Shown piece after piece: positions 1 to 16,097 of a DNA stretch of 64,000 nt. Within the stretch, counting starts at the first letter, position 1. Every line of letters begins with the position of its first letter. Source of the stretch: Chrysomallon squamiferum (Eukaryota; Animalia; Mollusca); assembly GCA_012295275.1 (NCBI GenBank), contig CM022673.1, positions 29,636,001 to 29,700,000 of the forward strand. Direction: 5' to 3'. Position numbers and translations under genes: made by a program. Below the pieces are notes generated by a model. It made no database searches. It had not been told where the DNA came from and was given only the letters and a program-made list of their open reading frames with translations.

Positions 1-77
1 CTCGTAGTTTTCTTATAAAACAGAATATATAAATAAATAATTAAATAAATAAAATTAATTAATTAATTAATTAATTA

Positions 78-131
<54 letters not shown>

Positions 132-452
132 TCCAATTTTAGGTTTTCTGCTTCTAGTTCAGAACTATACGGGGTATGATGATGTAAACAGAACTAATGT
201 AAATAAATTAATTTGAAACGGAAATCTACCTGTTTCTGCTTCTGTCAGCTGACAGATACGACATCGAATCGACGCATTCGACACGTTGGAATTTCCTGTC
301 AAACGACTTTTTCTGGAAGACTCGGAAGTACTTCCCATGAGAACCGGTGAACTAGTCTGTATAAAACAGAAACTTCAAATTCACTAACACAAATATTTCT
401 ATCCAGTCTTATTTATTTATTTATTTATTTTGTTTAAAATCCTCGACTCCTG

Positions 453-532
<80 letters not shown>

Positions 533-1494
533 CACAAAATGTTGTGTTAAAATAAAAAGTTGTAAATAGAAGTCACTCATACAGTGATTGTGTATTTATT
601 TCATTTTATTTATTTATTTATTTTCATCAAGTATCATAACTAAACCACAGTAATCCCAAACACGACGAATCAATGGAAATTAAAAATGCGATTATTAATT
701 TTACTATTCACCAATGATACATTCTGTCAGTTAATTTCTAACAGGAAAAAACAGTAATATTAAATGGAGAAAAACTACAAAAACCCCCATCTAAATAGAT
801 GTTAGTTCGACATATTTTCTTTATGTTCAAAGTGTAAAAAATTAGTTTTAAGATAAATGCTAAATGAAAGCAGTAGATTGAGTCATTATACGGATGATTA
901 CTGTTTCTTCTGTTTAATATTATAATTATTATCATTGTTAGTTTAACAAAGAAAGCAGAACACTAACCATTTGGTCCGCTTTTGATGATTTAGAAGATCA
1001 GTTTTGTGTTGGGTAGAACGCTTGGTGTCCTGCTTCGTGCTCCATAATGACGTCGGACACTTTGAACGATATCTCTGACGTCATTACTAAAGCGCAGCAA
1101 TTAATACAATGATTATTAAAGAATTAGGATATAAAATTTAGAATATATTTTGTTTTGTTAACCAGAGATCTTCTGAAAATAATAATTGTTAAAATTTGAA
1201 TCCCCTAACAATTTATATTTAAGCTTAACTCATACTCATTATCATAAGTATGATACTTCCGGACCGGAACTGCCTCCATAATGCCATTTCTAAAAACGAC
1301 ATGAACAAAAATGTCAAAATTATCAAACATTATGTTTGTTATTAAACAAGTGACTTTCCAAATAATCACTTATAAAGAAAGTTTAGACAAAAATAATACA
1401 TTATTTATACGAAGATGTTCTTAATCCAGCGACCTGGTTTTTGATAAAATCAAATTGACTTAAACACGTTTAATGAATTAGGAAATAAAACCTG

Positions 1495-1537
<43 letters not shown>

Positions 1538-1662
1538 AACACACACACACACACAAACGAAGGAAAAAAATACAGAGGTAAAAAATATATATAATAAGAA
1601 AACATAATAGTAATAATTGAGACATGATATGTGTGTGTGTGTGCGTGTGTGTGCGCGCGCGC

Positions 1663-1695
<33 letters not shown>

Positions 1696-2382
1696 TTGTT
1701 GTTTTTACAGTGTTTTTTAAACTTGGCTAAGAACTATACCGAAATCTGCAATTAGGAAATGTCATACAAGATTCCTCAGACAAAAACTATTATTTTCTAT
1801 TTATCTATGAATGGTAACATTTTGCTGTACAGTAAACACCACACACACTTGACTAACTCGCCTTCAGCTATGTCATTCTTAGAACCCTGGTCTCGCGTCC
1901 AAGGCTACCTAGAAAATATCTGCATCATTCTGTTCCTTTAGTCTTTTATATCTCGCTTCTCTGTTATTTTCTGTGTAACATAAGGATTGAATAATGACTG
2001 TTTATAACGAACTCCTGGTTTTCATTTCTACAGGTAATGAAAATAATCACGGCTCGACTAAAAAAAAATTAAAAAAAATAAATAGACGAAGAAAGAAATC
2101 ACTTTCTGATACCCAGAGATAAAGAACTGTTCAGATGTCGACGATTAGGTGACATTAAGTTGGTTTTAAATTCGTATTCGCCAAACATTTGGTTTCAAGT
2201 TCTCTTCTGATTAAATTGGTCTCTTTTCGTTGATTTCATTTTCTTGAAAATACTTGATTATTACTGTAGTTTATTTATTTATTTATTTTTATTGTCGTTT
2301 TATTATTATTACAATAATAATAATAATAATAATAATAATTAATTAATTATAATAATAATAATAATAATAACAATAATAATAA

Positions 2383-2430
<48 letters not shown>

Positions 2431-2733
2431 TATTCTTAACCAAAGATGTTTCTATGAAACTCTGTACCACTTACTGTCAGTCGCTGATGACTGAAGTGTT
2501 TGAAAACACTTTTATTTTCTAAACGTGTAAAACAGCTGTCAACATAGCAGTTCTGTTATCAGTGATGTTTAAAGCAAACATTTTACTACTGAGAAGATTG
2601 CATACTGGTCACAATTTCATTTTTATATAATTTAATTACCTGTCAGTAAATTCCTTTTAACAGATAAAAGATTTACTTTAAAAGATTAATTAAAACAGTA
2701 AAATGTATCAAATCACAATTAAACTAAAAAATC

Positions 2734-2774
<41 letters not shown>

Positions 2775-4576
2775 AATAATAATAACAGTTAAAAAAAATA
2801 AAGTAACAAACTGAACTGATAGTAAAGAATGAAAGGTAACAAAGTGGTATGAATAATCTGTTTTCTATTTCACTTGTAAAGCAAATGGCTTGCTTTTTAA
2901 AGTGGTTTACGTGTGAAATTCATTTAATATCACATTTTATTTTTCTCGTAACCATTAATCAACAAATATGTGAAGAAGATATCTATCTTAATACTAAAAT
3001 GTATATCAGTATCTAAGCTTGCACAAAAACATGTAAATAACACAATAATAATAATAAATAATAATAAAATAACAATAATACAAAACCACTACTTTTTCGC
3101 AACTAATAAATTCTGTTTACTTTACCAATGGCTTTCTTAAAAGTGCATAATATTAAAGTAATTTCGGACAAAAATATTACTTCTGCTACAGCAATATTAA
3201 ATACTGCAATATTGTTAATTTAATAGATTTTCTGTAAATAATGACTGATAACGCTAGAATAGAAGTTTAACTATTTACAAACTTTTTGACGATTTAGCAC
3301 AATACTCGACTACAAAATAGTGAATTCTCGTAATATTTCTGTGTAGGATTATTGCTATTCGTGGTATATTGTATCCTCTTTTGACGTCTGACAAATTATA
3401 TTTTATACAATTTCGAGTTGTTCTCAGTTTGGAAATATGAAACTAGTATTATCAGTGACAACAGTGTAACAAAACGTAACATTTATTTTAAATCATTAAA
3501 GATAAAACAATTCCATGAGTTTACGTTCAAATTATTAAGGGAAGTAATCCATGCAACTCTAAATTCGGTATGGAAATTGTAGTTATGGACCCTTCTCATT
3601 TTCTTCTTATGTTAGTAATGGAAATAAGTTGGTGCTCAGTGATCGTGTTGTGATTGTAATACTTTCTTCTTTTTTGTATGCATGCATGTATGTATGCATG
3701 CATGTATGTATATATGTGTGTATGTATGTATGTATGTATGTGTATGTGTATATAATGTATGTGTGTGTATATACGTGTGTGCGTCAGTATACAGAGTGGC
3801 CCAAAACTAATACTATTTTATAAATATAATTATATTTCAGCTCAAATACTGTATTAAAAAATAAAAAAATAAAAATTTAATAAAATTAAAAATGATTACG
3901 ATAAAGTAACATTAGGATCACGCTGCATAAGTGCAATTGCCCTGCTTACTCAAAAGTCTCGTTATTGATCGCTCACATTTTACAACCGATCAGTTCCTGC
4001 TCCTGTTTTAATATAAAAGAAAAAGAAGAAACCAACGAAAATTAAAGGACTCATTTTGTAGGTTTTAAGTATTAAGCAGAGAAACTTTAAAAAAAAATTA
4101 TAATATAAAAAATAAATAAATATTTGTTCTTTTCAACTCTGCAGTAATGAAGAACATTTTTTTTCTTTTAATATTTAAATTATTATTTTTTTAATGGTGA
4201 TTCATTTAGATTCCTTATGATTTTAATGGTTCTAAAACCATGAATTTATAATGCGTACGTGCGCGCGCGCGCGCGCACACACACAGAGATATACAGTGTC
4301 GTAGAGCATCTGCCAAACATGAAAAGCAAAATACTGATGTTAGTCTATTTATGAAAAGTGAAATGTTGACTTAATGCAGAAATTTCAATATAAACTTGGC
4401 TACGCAGAGTAACACATATATATAATCGGTGTCAACTTTCGGCGATGGCATTAATTCATGCAATAGAATTCAGAAGAAAGCGATTATCAAAAAATAATAT
4501 TAGAGTGTTGTCGAGCCAACAGCGGAAAATGTTACCATTCAGTCTCCAACCAGAATAAAATATTTATGTATGTGCA

Positions 4577-4577
<1 letters not shown>

Positions 4578-4648
<71 letters not shown>

Positions 4649-4893
4649 TACTACTGGTACTACTACTACTATCATTTTATTATCATTGTTATTATTATTG
4701 TTGTTGTTATTACTATTATAATTATTATTATTGTTATTATTGTTGTTGTTGTTATTGTTGTTGTTGCTGGTGTTGGTGTTGGTGTTGTTGGTGTTGTTGA
4801 TGTTGTTGTTACTATTATTAATATTTGTTATCATTCTTGTTGTTCCCGTTGTTATTATAATAGTAGTGGTTGTTGTTTTTTGTTGTTGTCGTT
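4578..4893. repeat. (TTA)n/(TTG)n trinucleotide repeat tract
   Basis: Runs of att, tac and gtt triplets. Confidence 0.95.
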
Positions 4894-5097
4894 GTATCTG
4901 AACTGATTCTAAATATGGTCTGTTACTCACATTTACAGCGTATGACTGAAGCACCCTTGGTCAGAGAGTAAGATCAGAATATGTATAAACTTAAAATCAT
5001 AGCTTTCATTTTTATAACTGTAATCTAATCAACAACAGACCATATACAGAAGTAAGTTTATAAACCACTAACTCAGTCTTTTGAAGTTTTTTGTTCT

Positions 5098-5155
<58 letters not shown>

Positions 5156-8120
5156 ATAATAATAATATAAAACGCAGGCTAATTATTAATTTGTTTATTC
5201 AGGGCTGAGGAAGTTAGTATCGTGTTTAGGAAAATGATTTCTGGTGGGCGAGATGTCTCCAGTGAATGGACAACAAGAACACGTGTTTACTGTTTAAGTT
5301 CAGAAGTCAGCTACAACTGCAGACTTCAGCAATTAGGCGCTGTTATTGGATTTCGAAAACTGGCTGAAGAAAAATTATGATGTGTAAACGTATTAGAAAC
5401 AAAACAAATTTCCAAACACTGTTTGTATTATCAGCTGCGACGGATGTTTTGTAAACATTTTTTTCCATAAAAGCAGGCAGAGACTAAATTCTGTAAGGTG
5501 AATAGAAAAAGTGTGTTGCTGATTCCAGCTGAACTGGTTTCTACCATCAAAGACACTTCAAGCTGCATCACAGAGATCTGAGATGAAAGAGCATTTTCGG
5601 GAAGAAATCATATAGAAATAGAATTTGTGAAAATTTCCGTTCGCATTCTCCAAATTACTTAAATTTTAACTAAATAGACTTTCTAGCACGGTTAATATTT
5701 GTAGACCTTACGGGTTCGGAACTGATATTTTTGTCAAACAACCATTCAAAAACCCCATAACCCCAAAAATAATTTTTTTTTTTTTTTTTTTTTTTTTTTA
5801 ATCCGTGTATTCTTGACGAGCGAACGCACCTTCAGGTGTTGTACGTTGTTATTCTCTGACCGTAGTTTAAAATACCTCTCAAAGTGGCGGCTTTACTTTC
5901 AGTCTTTGTAACATCCATTAAGTTTGATGTTCGTCAACATTAAGTTACTTTGAACTTGTGTTAGTATAAACAACAGAAAACGTTTGCTACTATTATCCCG
6001 CGGTGGTAGCGGGACAGTCTGCCACGCTAACAAGTGTTCAAGTAGCTAAACCTCCTTGGCAGCACAAGAGAAACAAATTTGCAGTTATTAACAGCTAAAG
6101 GCGGGATTACACTAAGAGACTTACTGGAACGTTTCTGAAGACGTGACACAAAGCTGACAATTACAGAAAACTCGTGACGTATTTAGTGCACAGTCGTCAC
6201 TAACGATTTCTCTCTTCTCGCGATATTTAAACATAAAATCTTTGTGTGCACGCTTTTCTGACTGGCAGGCGATCTTTTGGCAAGAGGAAGTAAAACAAAA
6301 TAAAAAACACAGAAAAGAAAAACGTATAATGATGAAAAAACAGTACAAATATCGATCATTTTAAATATTAATTAAAATATTCTTTTATTTGAAGTAGTAA
6401 AAGATGGCGCTGAGATGATCAGAAAGGCCAACTACGTGAAGTATGTAAACACCACCCTCAAAAACAAAACGTTTAGTTTCTTCTAACTGACATAACCAGG
6501 AACTCTTTATAATTAGAATAAACTCTCACTTGCATTTCTTCATTTAAATTAGCATTTTACATTTTAACATTTGGTATATATTGACATTTCCATCTTTTAT
6601 GAATCAAGTTATGAAGACAAATTTTCTTTGTTAATATTTATTTTCAACCTCGAAAAGAATAGAAGTAATTTAAAAGAAGAAGAAGAAAAAAAAAACTTTC
6701 GACAAATCAAATAAATAAAAGCTTTAATAACTCATAGTTTAAGCGATAATTTATTGTTAATTAAATTTACCTGGAATTATCTTTCTTTTATTATTATTAT
6801 TCTATAAACAAATTTTGTGAGGGAGGGGGTGTTTGTACGTCGCTGATTGCCAGAAATATATCGATCATCTTTTCTTTTCTCAAACATAAATCTTTTAAAT
6901 AATAGATTACGAATCAAAACCTTGGAGACGGACAATTGTTACACCCAACCATATCATCGCACTGAATCACAGCTCGGCTGTCAGTAGTAGCAGTGAGTGT
7001 GCAAGGATAAAATGTGTTCTGAAAAAACCCTGTAGATAACTGTATGAGCAAGGTTGTTGGACGTCCAAACTCCGACGTAAATAATGAAAAACTCTATTAA
7101 TAGTTACTATGCTTCGAACATGAAACAATCAGTGAATACGGTTTATTATTAACGGAAATAAAGTGTAAGTTCTTTGAACAAAAATGATACGTAATATTAA
7201 TTATGTTCAGTAAGTGTTGGAAATTCCTTCAGAAAATGATTCAAAATTACGTCCGACACATTTTCAAAGTTAAAAGTTCTGTAGAAAAGTTGCCAGTCGT
7301 GAAAATTGAATTTTCAAAGTTTAGTTTAAACAATATCACGGCATACACCTTATATGGATCGATTTTCTTTCTGTATTATTTTTTAATATTTAATAATATG
7401 TAATCATAGAGGTTTCTGCTTGAAACATTTCCTCTTAAGTAAACTTGGTTAATGTTTGATGTGTCGTTCAAAGAACTGCTGAATCATGTTTGTTCTTGGC
7501 ACGACCTTTCTCTTTCCCTTTCACTTTCTTGTTCTCTCTCACTCCCCCCCCCCACTCTCTCTGTGTGTGTGTCTTGATCTTCTTCTGTTATCAAACCATC
7601 CTGTGTTAGCAAGTTAGTACTTAGTGAAAAATGTGAAGCAATCAAAGTGGATCTAACGTGTTATTCGACTGACTTAGAACTCGACCCGGCGATGTTTGTT
7701 TGTTTTGTTTAGGTATTTTTAAACTCCTCAATGACTTCGTCGCGTCACATAATAGCCCATGTGTCAGGCTTTTTCTATTTTCCGTCCCAGACACCGTCTG
7801 CTGGAGAAGTCGGATTAGCAGAAGAATCACGACAGTGTAACGCAGATCTGGGTTACGTCAGCAGCTGTTCCCGTTTCCAGTGATCATCACACACAGGCTT
7901 GAACGAGATTCATCTGAAACTGATCATCTCAGTTCTGAAATTGATCATCTCAGTGGATGATGCTTTGTTAAGTCGTGTAAAAAAACACAAACTACCCGAA
8001 GAAGCAAACAGAGAAAATTATTTTTCTTTATAGTTCTGTCTGTCTGTCTCTCCTTCTGCTTTTCTATATGTATATTTATAAATATATCTGTGTATACGTA
8101 TGTATATGTGTGAATGTGTG

Positions 8121-8161
<41 letters not shown>

Positions 8162-8373
8162 TACACACACACATACTATATCTATACCTATATCTGTGTG
8201 TAGACATAAATACATATAAATATACATGTATATACTAACAGACAGAAAGAGATAATTTTAAGTACTAAAAACAAAAGTAAATAAATAAAACCATTAATAA
8301 GAGTCCACATTGAACCGAACAATCTTCATACTTGAAAAGAGCAAAAAGAAATATAAATAAATAAATAAATAAA

Positions 8374-8410
<37 letters not shown>

Positions 8411-10154
8411 AAACAGTCACAAAAGAAGATTTAATTAAATAAAATAATATAATTCGTTTTCAAATAACATATTATAAAAATGCTATTTGTGAATACAGTT
8501 ATTAATTTGATTTAATAATAATAATAACAACAACAACAACAATAATAATAGTAACATTAATAATAATAATATAATGAAAATAATAATAATAGTAATAATA
8601 ATAATAAAAATATTAACAATAACAACAACAATAACAATGATAATAATGAAAATAATAATAATAATGATGATGATGATGATAAAAAGAACTACAATCTATT
8701 AACTCATAATATTAAAATATTCAGGTGTTATTATTAATCATTCGCTAATATCTAATATTAAATAGTTTTCACGTGATTTTCCTACAGTATCATCAGCACC
8801 ATGTTTTACTTTTTACATATATAACTACTGTTAATATTTGTCATTCATTATACTTCTGATAAACTATTAATAATTTTAAAACAAATGTGTTTAGATGTGC
8901 ATTAAACATTCATCACTGTTATGTTTAAAACAGAAAAACTGAACAAACGAAAAAAAACCAACAACAACCGTTAATGTTTTTCATTCGCTAACTCAAAAAC
9001 AATATCTCTGAAACCTAATAATAAAAACAGTTGATAATGACATGCATTTGAGTGTCGCAGGATGTTCATTCATTCATAATAGAGAAATCACACGTTCAAA
9101 ACTTAATAATCATATACAGTGAAGTGCATTGATTTGTTGTTAATCAGCCGAGGTAGGAAGAAAGGCGTGGGTAGAGCGGCGACTGCCTGCACGCGATGAC
9201 GTCATCACACAGGACGGCTACGTAGCAGAGGGGACGAAATCACAAACATGATGGGCAGTTGCCAACGACTGACTGTAAGCCATGACTCGACAACTTCACG
9301 AAGTTGACTTTTATATAGCAGGGAAAATCACACATTCATCAGAATACGGCCACAGTCCAGTGGAATATGACGTCACTAAGATGACGTCTGCGTGCCACTG
9401 GAAGACGACACTACGACGATGACGACGGCAGACATGTCTGACAGCTCTCTTTGTTAGCAGCCTACAGGCTTAATGAAAAAAAAAGAAATCAAAACTCGCA
9501 CCATTGACACATTGGAGAGAGGACGAACACTTGGACAAATTCAATTTGGATAGGTTTACCAATCTCATACCGCTGAGTGCAGCTAATAGAATAACAATCT
9601 ACCGAAATCAAAGCTAATCAGCAATGGCAATTAGTCCAATTTATTCAATTGCAGAGGCGACAAGAGACAAATTTCCAGCGAACATCCTCTTAATGCAATC
9701 TGTCACCAAATCTGCGCCGAGAACAAGTCAATTACTGTTACTTCCCATCCTGAAGAGAAAAGAAAGATAAAAAAAGGTGACAGATACAGACGAAGCGGTT
9801 CTGTTCCCTGGCTGTCAAATGGCGGACAAACACACCCAAACACACCCAAACACACCCAAACAGTCTGTACTTCTTTTCACAGACGTTGACTTTTACTGTC
9901 CCCAAAGTTACTGTAATTATAAAGTATTCTCTCTCTCTCTCTGTCTCTCTTTCTCTCTCTCTCTCCTCTCTCTGTCTCTCTGTCTCTCTCTGTATCTTTT
10001 TCTTAGATTTATCTATCTAGCTCTTTCTCTCGAAGACGTAACATAAATGTATTTGACATTTCTCTCTATTTATATAAACTTTCAAGATATTTAATTTTAT
10101 ACAATAATACTCGCAATATGTTTGTGTGGAAACTTGAGATGGAGGGAGATACAC

Positions 10155-10269
<115 letters not shown>

Positions 10270-12807
10270 TATAACAGTATGAGGACATGTTGACCGTACA
10301 AGAAGAAATCTTGTTACGACTTGAAGAAATGAACGTGAGCTGAATGAAATGTGTATTAATGATATTTTTATTTCTTCACAATAAAACTAAAGTCAAGATA
10401 ATCACCGAGAGTATCTTTTTAATTTAGCGATATGGTGTATAAAAAAAAAAGAATTATGAATTTATTAATACACCCAATTAATAAAATGGACAAAAAAAAT
10501 ATAAAGGCTTTTTATCTTTATTATTTGATTAGTATAGACTGTACAGTTCTGGAAAAAAGAAGGAGAGTACAAAGGAGAGATAAACGAACATTTAGCTGCA
10601 TTTAGACTTACAAGGACGTCTTATCTTTCAAACGACCATCTTGATGTGTGCCGAACAACCACGTGATCAACGAGCAATGGTAGATGGTAGAATAAGTAAA
10701 CGAAAACACAAGAATAAAATGTGAATAAAAAGTATTTTGTCAAATCATTCATCAGAAACAGCCTCACTGAATTACATTTCCATTCTGTCCAAACTAATAA
10801 AAGAACCGATGACTTTCATTTTTATTTTTTATTTTTTCTCCTGAAAGCAATAAATTTACCGACTTTTTCTTCTTTGGGGTGACACATTTGTTTATTGTTT
10901 CCGGGGGGTGGGGGTAATAATAGAAGTATTCAATTTCAAATCCACTAGACAACATATTGCCATTTGTGAAATCGATTCTGTGCTCTGTGTTGACTTGTTA
11001 ACTTTGTTTTATACTGGCAGGGAAATGTGCGACACGGTGTCAGGCAAGAGGAAATGTATAGGATATTCTCACAGGATTCTGTTTTACGTCGTTTCTCTTT
11101 TAAGTAGTAAACACTCATATAAAGAATTTCAAACAGTCAGTAAAGCATTTCTGTTATCCTTATTTACACGTAGCGGAATAATGCATAATTCACGGTTTAT
11201 AAATAGTACCAGTACAGCCTCGTTATTTGTCTTTTTTTTTTTTTTTTTTTTTTTTTATTTAATGTCTATCAAACAATGCAAACTTCGATTTTAAATGTGA
11301 CAAAACAAAGCAAAATTTACAACGAGTGAAACAATGCAAACGACATTATTTAATTATAATAAAACAATACAAAACCTATCTATTTGTTCCTGGAGATTTA
11401 ATGCAAAATCCTATTTTTAAATATATGGAACTTGTACAAAAATACGTAATTGTATAAAATAAAATAATGCAAATTTCGTAGTTTGTTTTTCTATGTAACT
11501 GATACTGTTTATGTCGTTCGAATATTTCAGTTTTTAAAATATATATATGTGCATTTGTATGTGTGTATATTTATGCATGTATATATATTTATGTGTAAGT
11601 ATATATATTTGTGTTTACATATAGTTAGATATGTATATATGTATATATGTATGTATGTTTGTTTGTTTGTTTGCGATTTTCAGTAATTAAATTCAAAATT
11701 ATAAAATATCTCTTTATCACTATGTCTATCAGACTTTCTGGACGAGTGAAAACTATATTTTAAAATTAAATACAAAAATACTATTGTACTGAGTTTGAAT
11801 ATCAGTATTTGTGTCTGAAAATTACGATATTTTGAAAATTATTTTTGATAAATCGTTAAAAAAAGAGTAAATATTCTGAATTCTTCTTATCAAATTTCAA
11901 AACCTTGTGTGCGCCCAAAGACTCAATATCATAAATGAAATCGCTATTATTTTTACTCGGCAATAAGCCATTTTTTCAGGAATGTAAATAAATAATTGCC
12001 CAGTTTCCTTCATTTTTTGTTTTCTTCCGCGATGTAATAGGAAAATATCACATACGAATTTAATAAAAATCGATGCAAACATTTCCGGTTCACTTCCTTT
12101 AATCTGAGAAAACAGAAAAAATCTGGTAAGTGATGAAATGATCAAATAAAAAGAGAAAGAAAAATATGAATGTTGAATCCACTAGTTAAATTTGTCTTTG
12201 TCAGACAATAAATGTATAAATAAATAAATAAAAAAAAACAAAAGAAAGAAAATAATAATAATAATAATAAAATAAAATAATTTAAGTAGGTAAATAAGTA
12301 AGTAATATATAATGAAATAAAAAAAATAAATAAAATAAGATTTTACAAATTTAAGAAAAAATAAATAAATTAAGTAGGTAAATAAATAAAAATAAAATAA
12401 AATAAAATAAAATAAAATAAACTAGTTACAATTCTTCTGGCGTCAAATTCCACCCTACAACATCATTTTGAACTTTTTGCAGTTTATTTACATCAGAGTT
12501 TTTTTTTTTTTTTTTTTTTTTTTTCTGCTAGCGTCTTTGTTATATAGAGTTCCTTTTAAAAAAAAAAAAAAAAAATTAAAAAAATTATTAGTCTTGACTC
12601 GGTTTTTCGTGTAATTATTTTGCCAAACTTTGTTTTTCTTATTCATTTCCGCAATAATCCAACTTGAGGCAATACCCCAAACATTTTCAGTAGTCTGTTA
12701 ATAGTTTGTTCTGTGCGCCGTCTTGGATAGACACATTTTAAAACAACAGAGTCCTCAGATCTCTCACAACTCACAAGATTGATGGTGAAGAGAAAAAGAA
12801 AGCTTCT

Positions 12808-13200
12808 GTGCTAGAACCATGTGTTAACTCAAGGCTTACAGATCAGTATTTACAACACTGGTACTCTGTCACTGATACCCGTCCAAAGCTTCAAATTATA
12901 AACACTTTAAAAATACTGTCGCATTCGAGAAATATTTCAACCTTACAGAGAGAAAATACTGGTGCCTATTGTTACAGTTTAGACTTTAAATCATAATCTT
13001 CCTTCTGAAACAGGAGATGGGAAAATATACCATTAGAATATAGTGTAATAAGTATGGCATCGAAGATGAGTTTCATTATATATTTACATGTATGTTTAAG
13101 AATCAAAGCAACCGTTACCTATTATTTTCCTGTCAATTTAAATCAAGCATTTATAAAAAAAAAAAGCTGTTGTAATCTAATCATGAATTTTTCAAATCTT
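12808..13200 (+). mobile_element. Decayed 3' fragment of a non-LTR (LINE) retrotransposon ORF2
   Basis: Frameshifted translation RLTDQYLQHWYS..YKHFKNTVAFEKYF..LLQFRL/NHNLPSETGRWENIPLE../IEDEFHYIFTC matches the C-terminal 'FR.SNH.LPIE.GRW...DEFH...C' motif of invertebrate LINEs. 12808-12878 recurs inverted at 56010-56080. Confidence 0.8.
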
Positions 13201-14067
13201 CTCGCTGACATACTGTTATATTGTATATATTTTTATTATTATGTGCATTATTATAAATCCACAATCTTGTTATAATTATATTAAATTCTATGAATGTATC
13301 CTCATATGCCGTAGAGTACAGCCCGAGTGTAAAAACAGAGCTGAAGTCTCCTTCATCGATACCAAACCCGAATTCTTCATCACCATCATTCTTCTTCTTC
13401 TCCTTCTCCTTCTCCTTCTTCTTCTCCTTCTCCTTATTATTATTATTATTATATAATGAATACTTTCTATGATGGCGTGCACACTTTTTCAGAAGTGTTG
13501 GAATCGCCCCTGCTATGTTTTAATCGATCAAGGACAAGTGAAGTCAAGACAACTTTCTGACAGTTTATGTCAAAGGAATCGTAATTGATTGAGAGACAAT
13601 CATCCTCAGAATTTGATCTCTGTGAGGAAACCATGAATGTACGATCAAATCAAAACCCGCTCCATTCAGTTCTATCGCTACAGTTAACAAGATAAATTAA
13701 AAAATAATAATAAAATAAAATAAATAAAATAACAGAATACAAAACATTGAGGCTTCGCCTAAGCTGGTTTGCTTCCTTCCCCGGAAGTATAAGCAAGTTG
13801 AAAAAAAAAAAATGTATTTGATGTTTTTTCTGTTACAGGACATTGCTATAGATATTGTAAGTTTAAAATTTGCTGATTTATGATTTAGTTTAAGTTGAAA
13901 AAAAAAAAAAATGGTTTGTATTCGTTTTCCTTTCCTCTCTTTTTTATTATTAATATTAAAGACACATACACCTGTTAGTGTTAGGTTTTCTTTACACATC
14001 GCCTGAATATTAGAACACGGCTAAAGCATATTCTCGAATCTTCTTTTAATTCGGATAAATTAATAAC

Positions 14068-14119
<52 letters not shown>

Positions 14120-15158
14120 TTTAAATTTTGAAGAAATGTACATTTAGTGACATACCATGGTTCATTACGGTACGTGCATTTATTCACGCCCTTACCGGAA
14201 GTCAGAGTTAATTAATCATGGCGGCTCAGTCAAATTGTATTGAGTGTGCAGCCTTGTTTCCACAGGAAACGCAGTAAAAACCATGGGACATGTCTGTCAG
14301 AACTTCTCTAATACAAAATCTACAAGCGTACGGCAAACTGAAAATATCTCCGGGGCTGAAGGCAATAGAATTAGTTATTTAGGGAAAACAATTCAATTAA
14401 AAACCTTCTCAGACGTTTCTTCAGAGTTGTCTGTGAGGTTTTTATAACCGCTTTAACATTTTCGTATCTGACGACATGTACAGCATCTTGAAGAAAAAGA
14501 CAGATAACAAAAATATATTTATCCAGAACTTGATTATAGTAATAAGTAAACAGTGAAATTATTTTATTACATTTAAATATGCTTTTGTTTTTATAGTAAA
14601 ACGTATGTGTGTGTGCGTGTGTGTGTCTGATGAAGAATATCATATCCAGGTTAATAATAAACATACATATGAAGGTAAATTTCATTTGATAATATAACAG
14701 ATGAATAGTTTCGTACTGTGAATTATAGAATATTTTTCTACAGTCTGTTTCTGTATAGTGTTACAAAAGAACCAATTAAGGCGTAACAAAATAATAAAAT
14801 AAATAAATAAATAAAAATTAAAAACGAAAGGAAATGTAGACGCAGGTGACAAAAGTTTTATTGCAAATACTCCAGAGTGAATGAAACTGAGATAACAAAA
14901 TAATCACAAGTCTGTAGTCAAATGATGCGTTCACAATCAGAGGGAAACTCTTAGATGTGGAAAAATGGATACACAATACTAATTAGGTTAAAGTGATTGG
15001 CAGCATCGGTCATAGTAGGATAACATTAAATTTTCGAGGTAAATGTATAAAAACATTGTAGATAATCCTATCTCGATGTAGAAAAACGTACGTGAATGTT
15101 TTAGGATTATTTAACAGGGTATCTTTTAATAAAATAAAAAATAAAAATTATTCAGGTT

Positions 15159-15243
<85 letters not shown>

Positions 15244-16038
15244 ATATATCAGTGTGCATTTGTATAGAATATATATATATATACATACAACACTCAGACA
15301 CAAATATATACATATTTATATATACATCCATATATAAATAATCTAAAACAATAAACAAATAACCAAATAAGGTCAGGTTTAATTACCCATATTTATAATG
15401 TATTCAGTTAGTGGATTTAAAAATATTAAACTTTCTCCATTATTATAATTACTGACCAAAAACGATTTCTGTTACAGAATTTCGATTGATGGATGTAATA
15501 CATTAAATGTCTTTATTTTTATTTAAATCTATGTTAAACACAGACTGTACACACACATTGTTTTTGTTGTCAGTTTCTTTGTTCTTTGCTTCTTTCTCTC
15601 CGTCTCTCTCTTCCTTGTTTTGATGTTTAAAATATAATTTCATTTCTTTCCCTTACTGACACAGTTAAACACTGAGTATGGATTAGACGCACAGGTCGAT
15701 TCAGTGTCTCATTTCTCTCTTCCGGCTGTACTAGGAATTACCTAACGTGGAACTCGAATTAACAGTTTGTTCTTGTTGTTCACTCTTTTGAAGTTTGAAG
15801 TCATTAAGTACCAGCGTGACTTAACAACTTTTGATTTGCGAAAATATCAAGGGAAGAGCAAACACGTCAATCATAAACATTTGTGTTTATCGTGAAAAAA
15901 ACAAAAATTAAATAAAAAAACAATGTAAGAATGTCCACAAACCAGAATATTCAAGGACAATCAGTAAATAAATAAATAAACCAACAAATAATATATACAT
16001 ATATATATATAAATTATTTATTTATTTAGTTAGTTATT

Positions 16039-16097
<59 letters not shown>

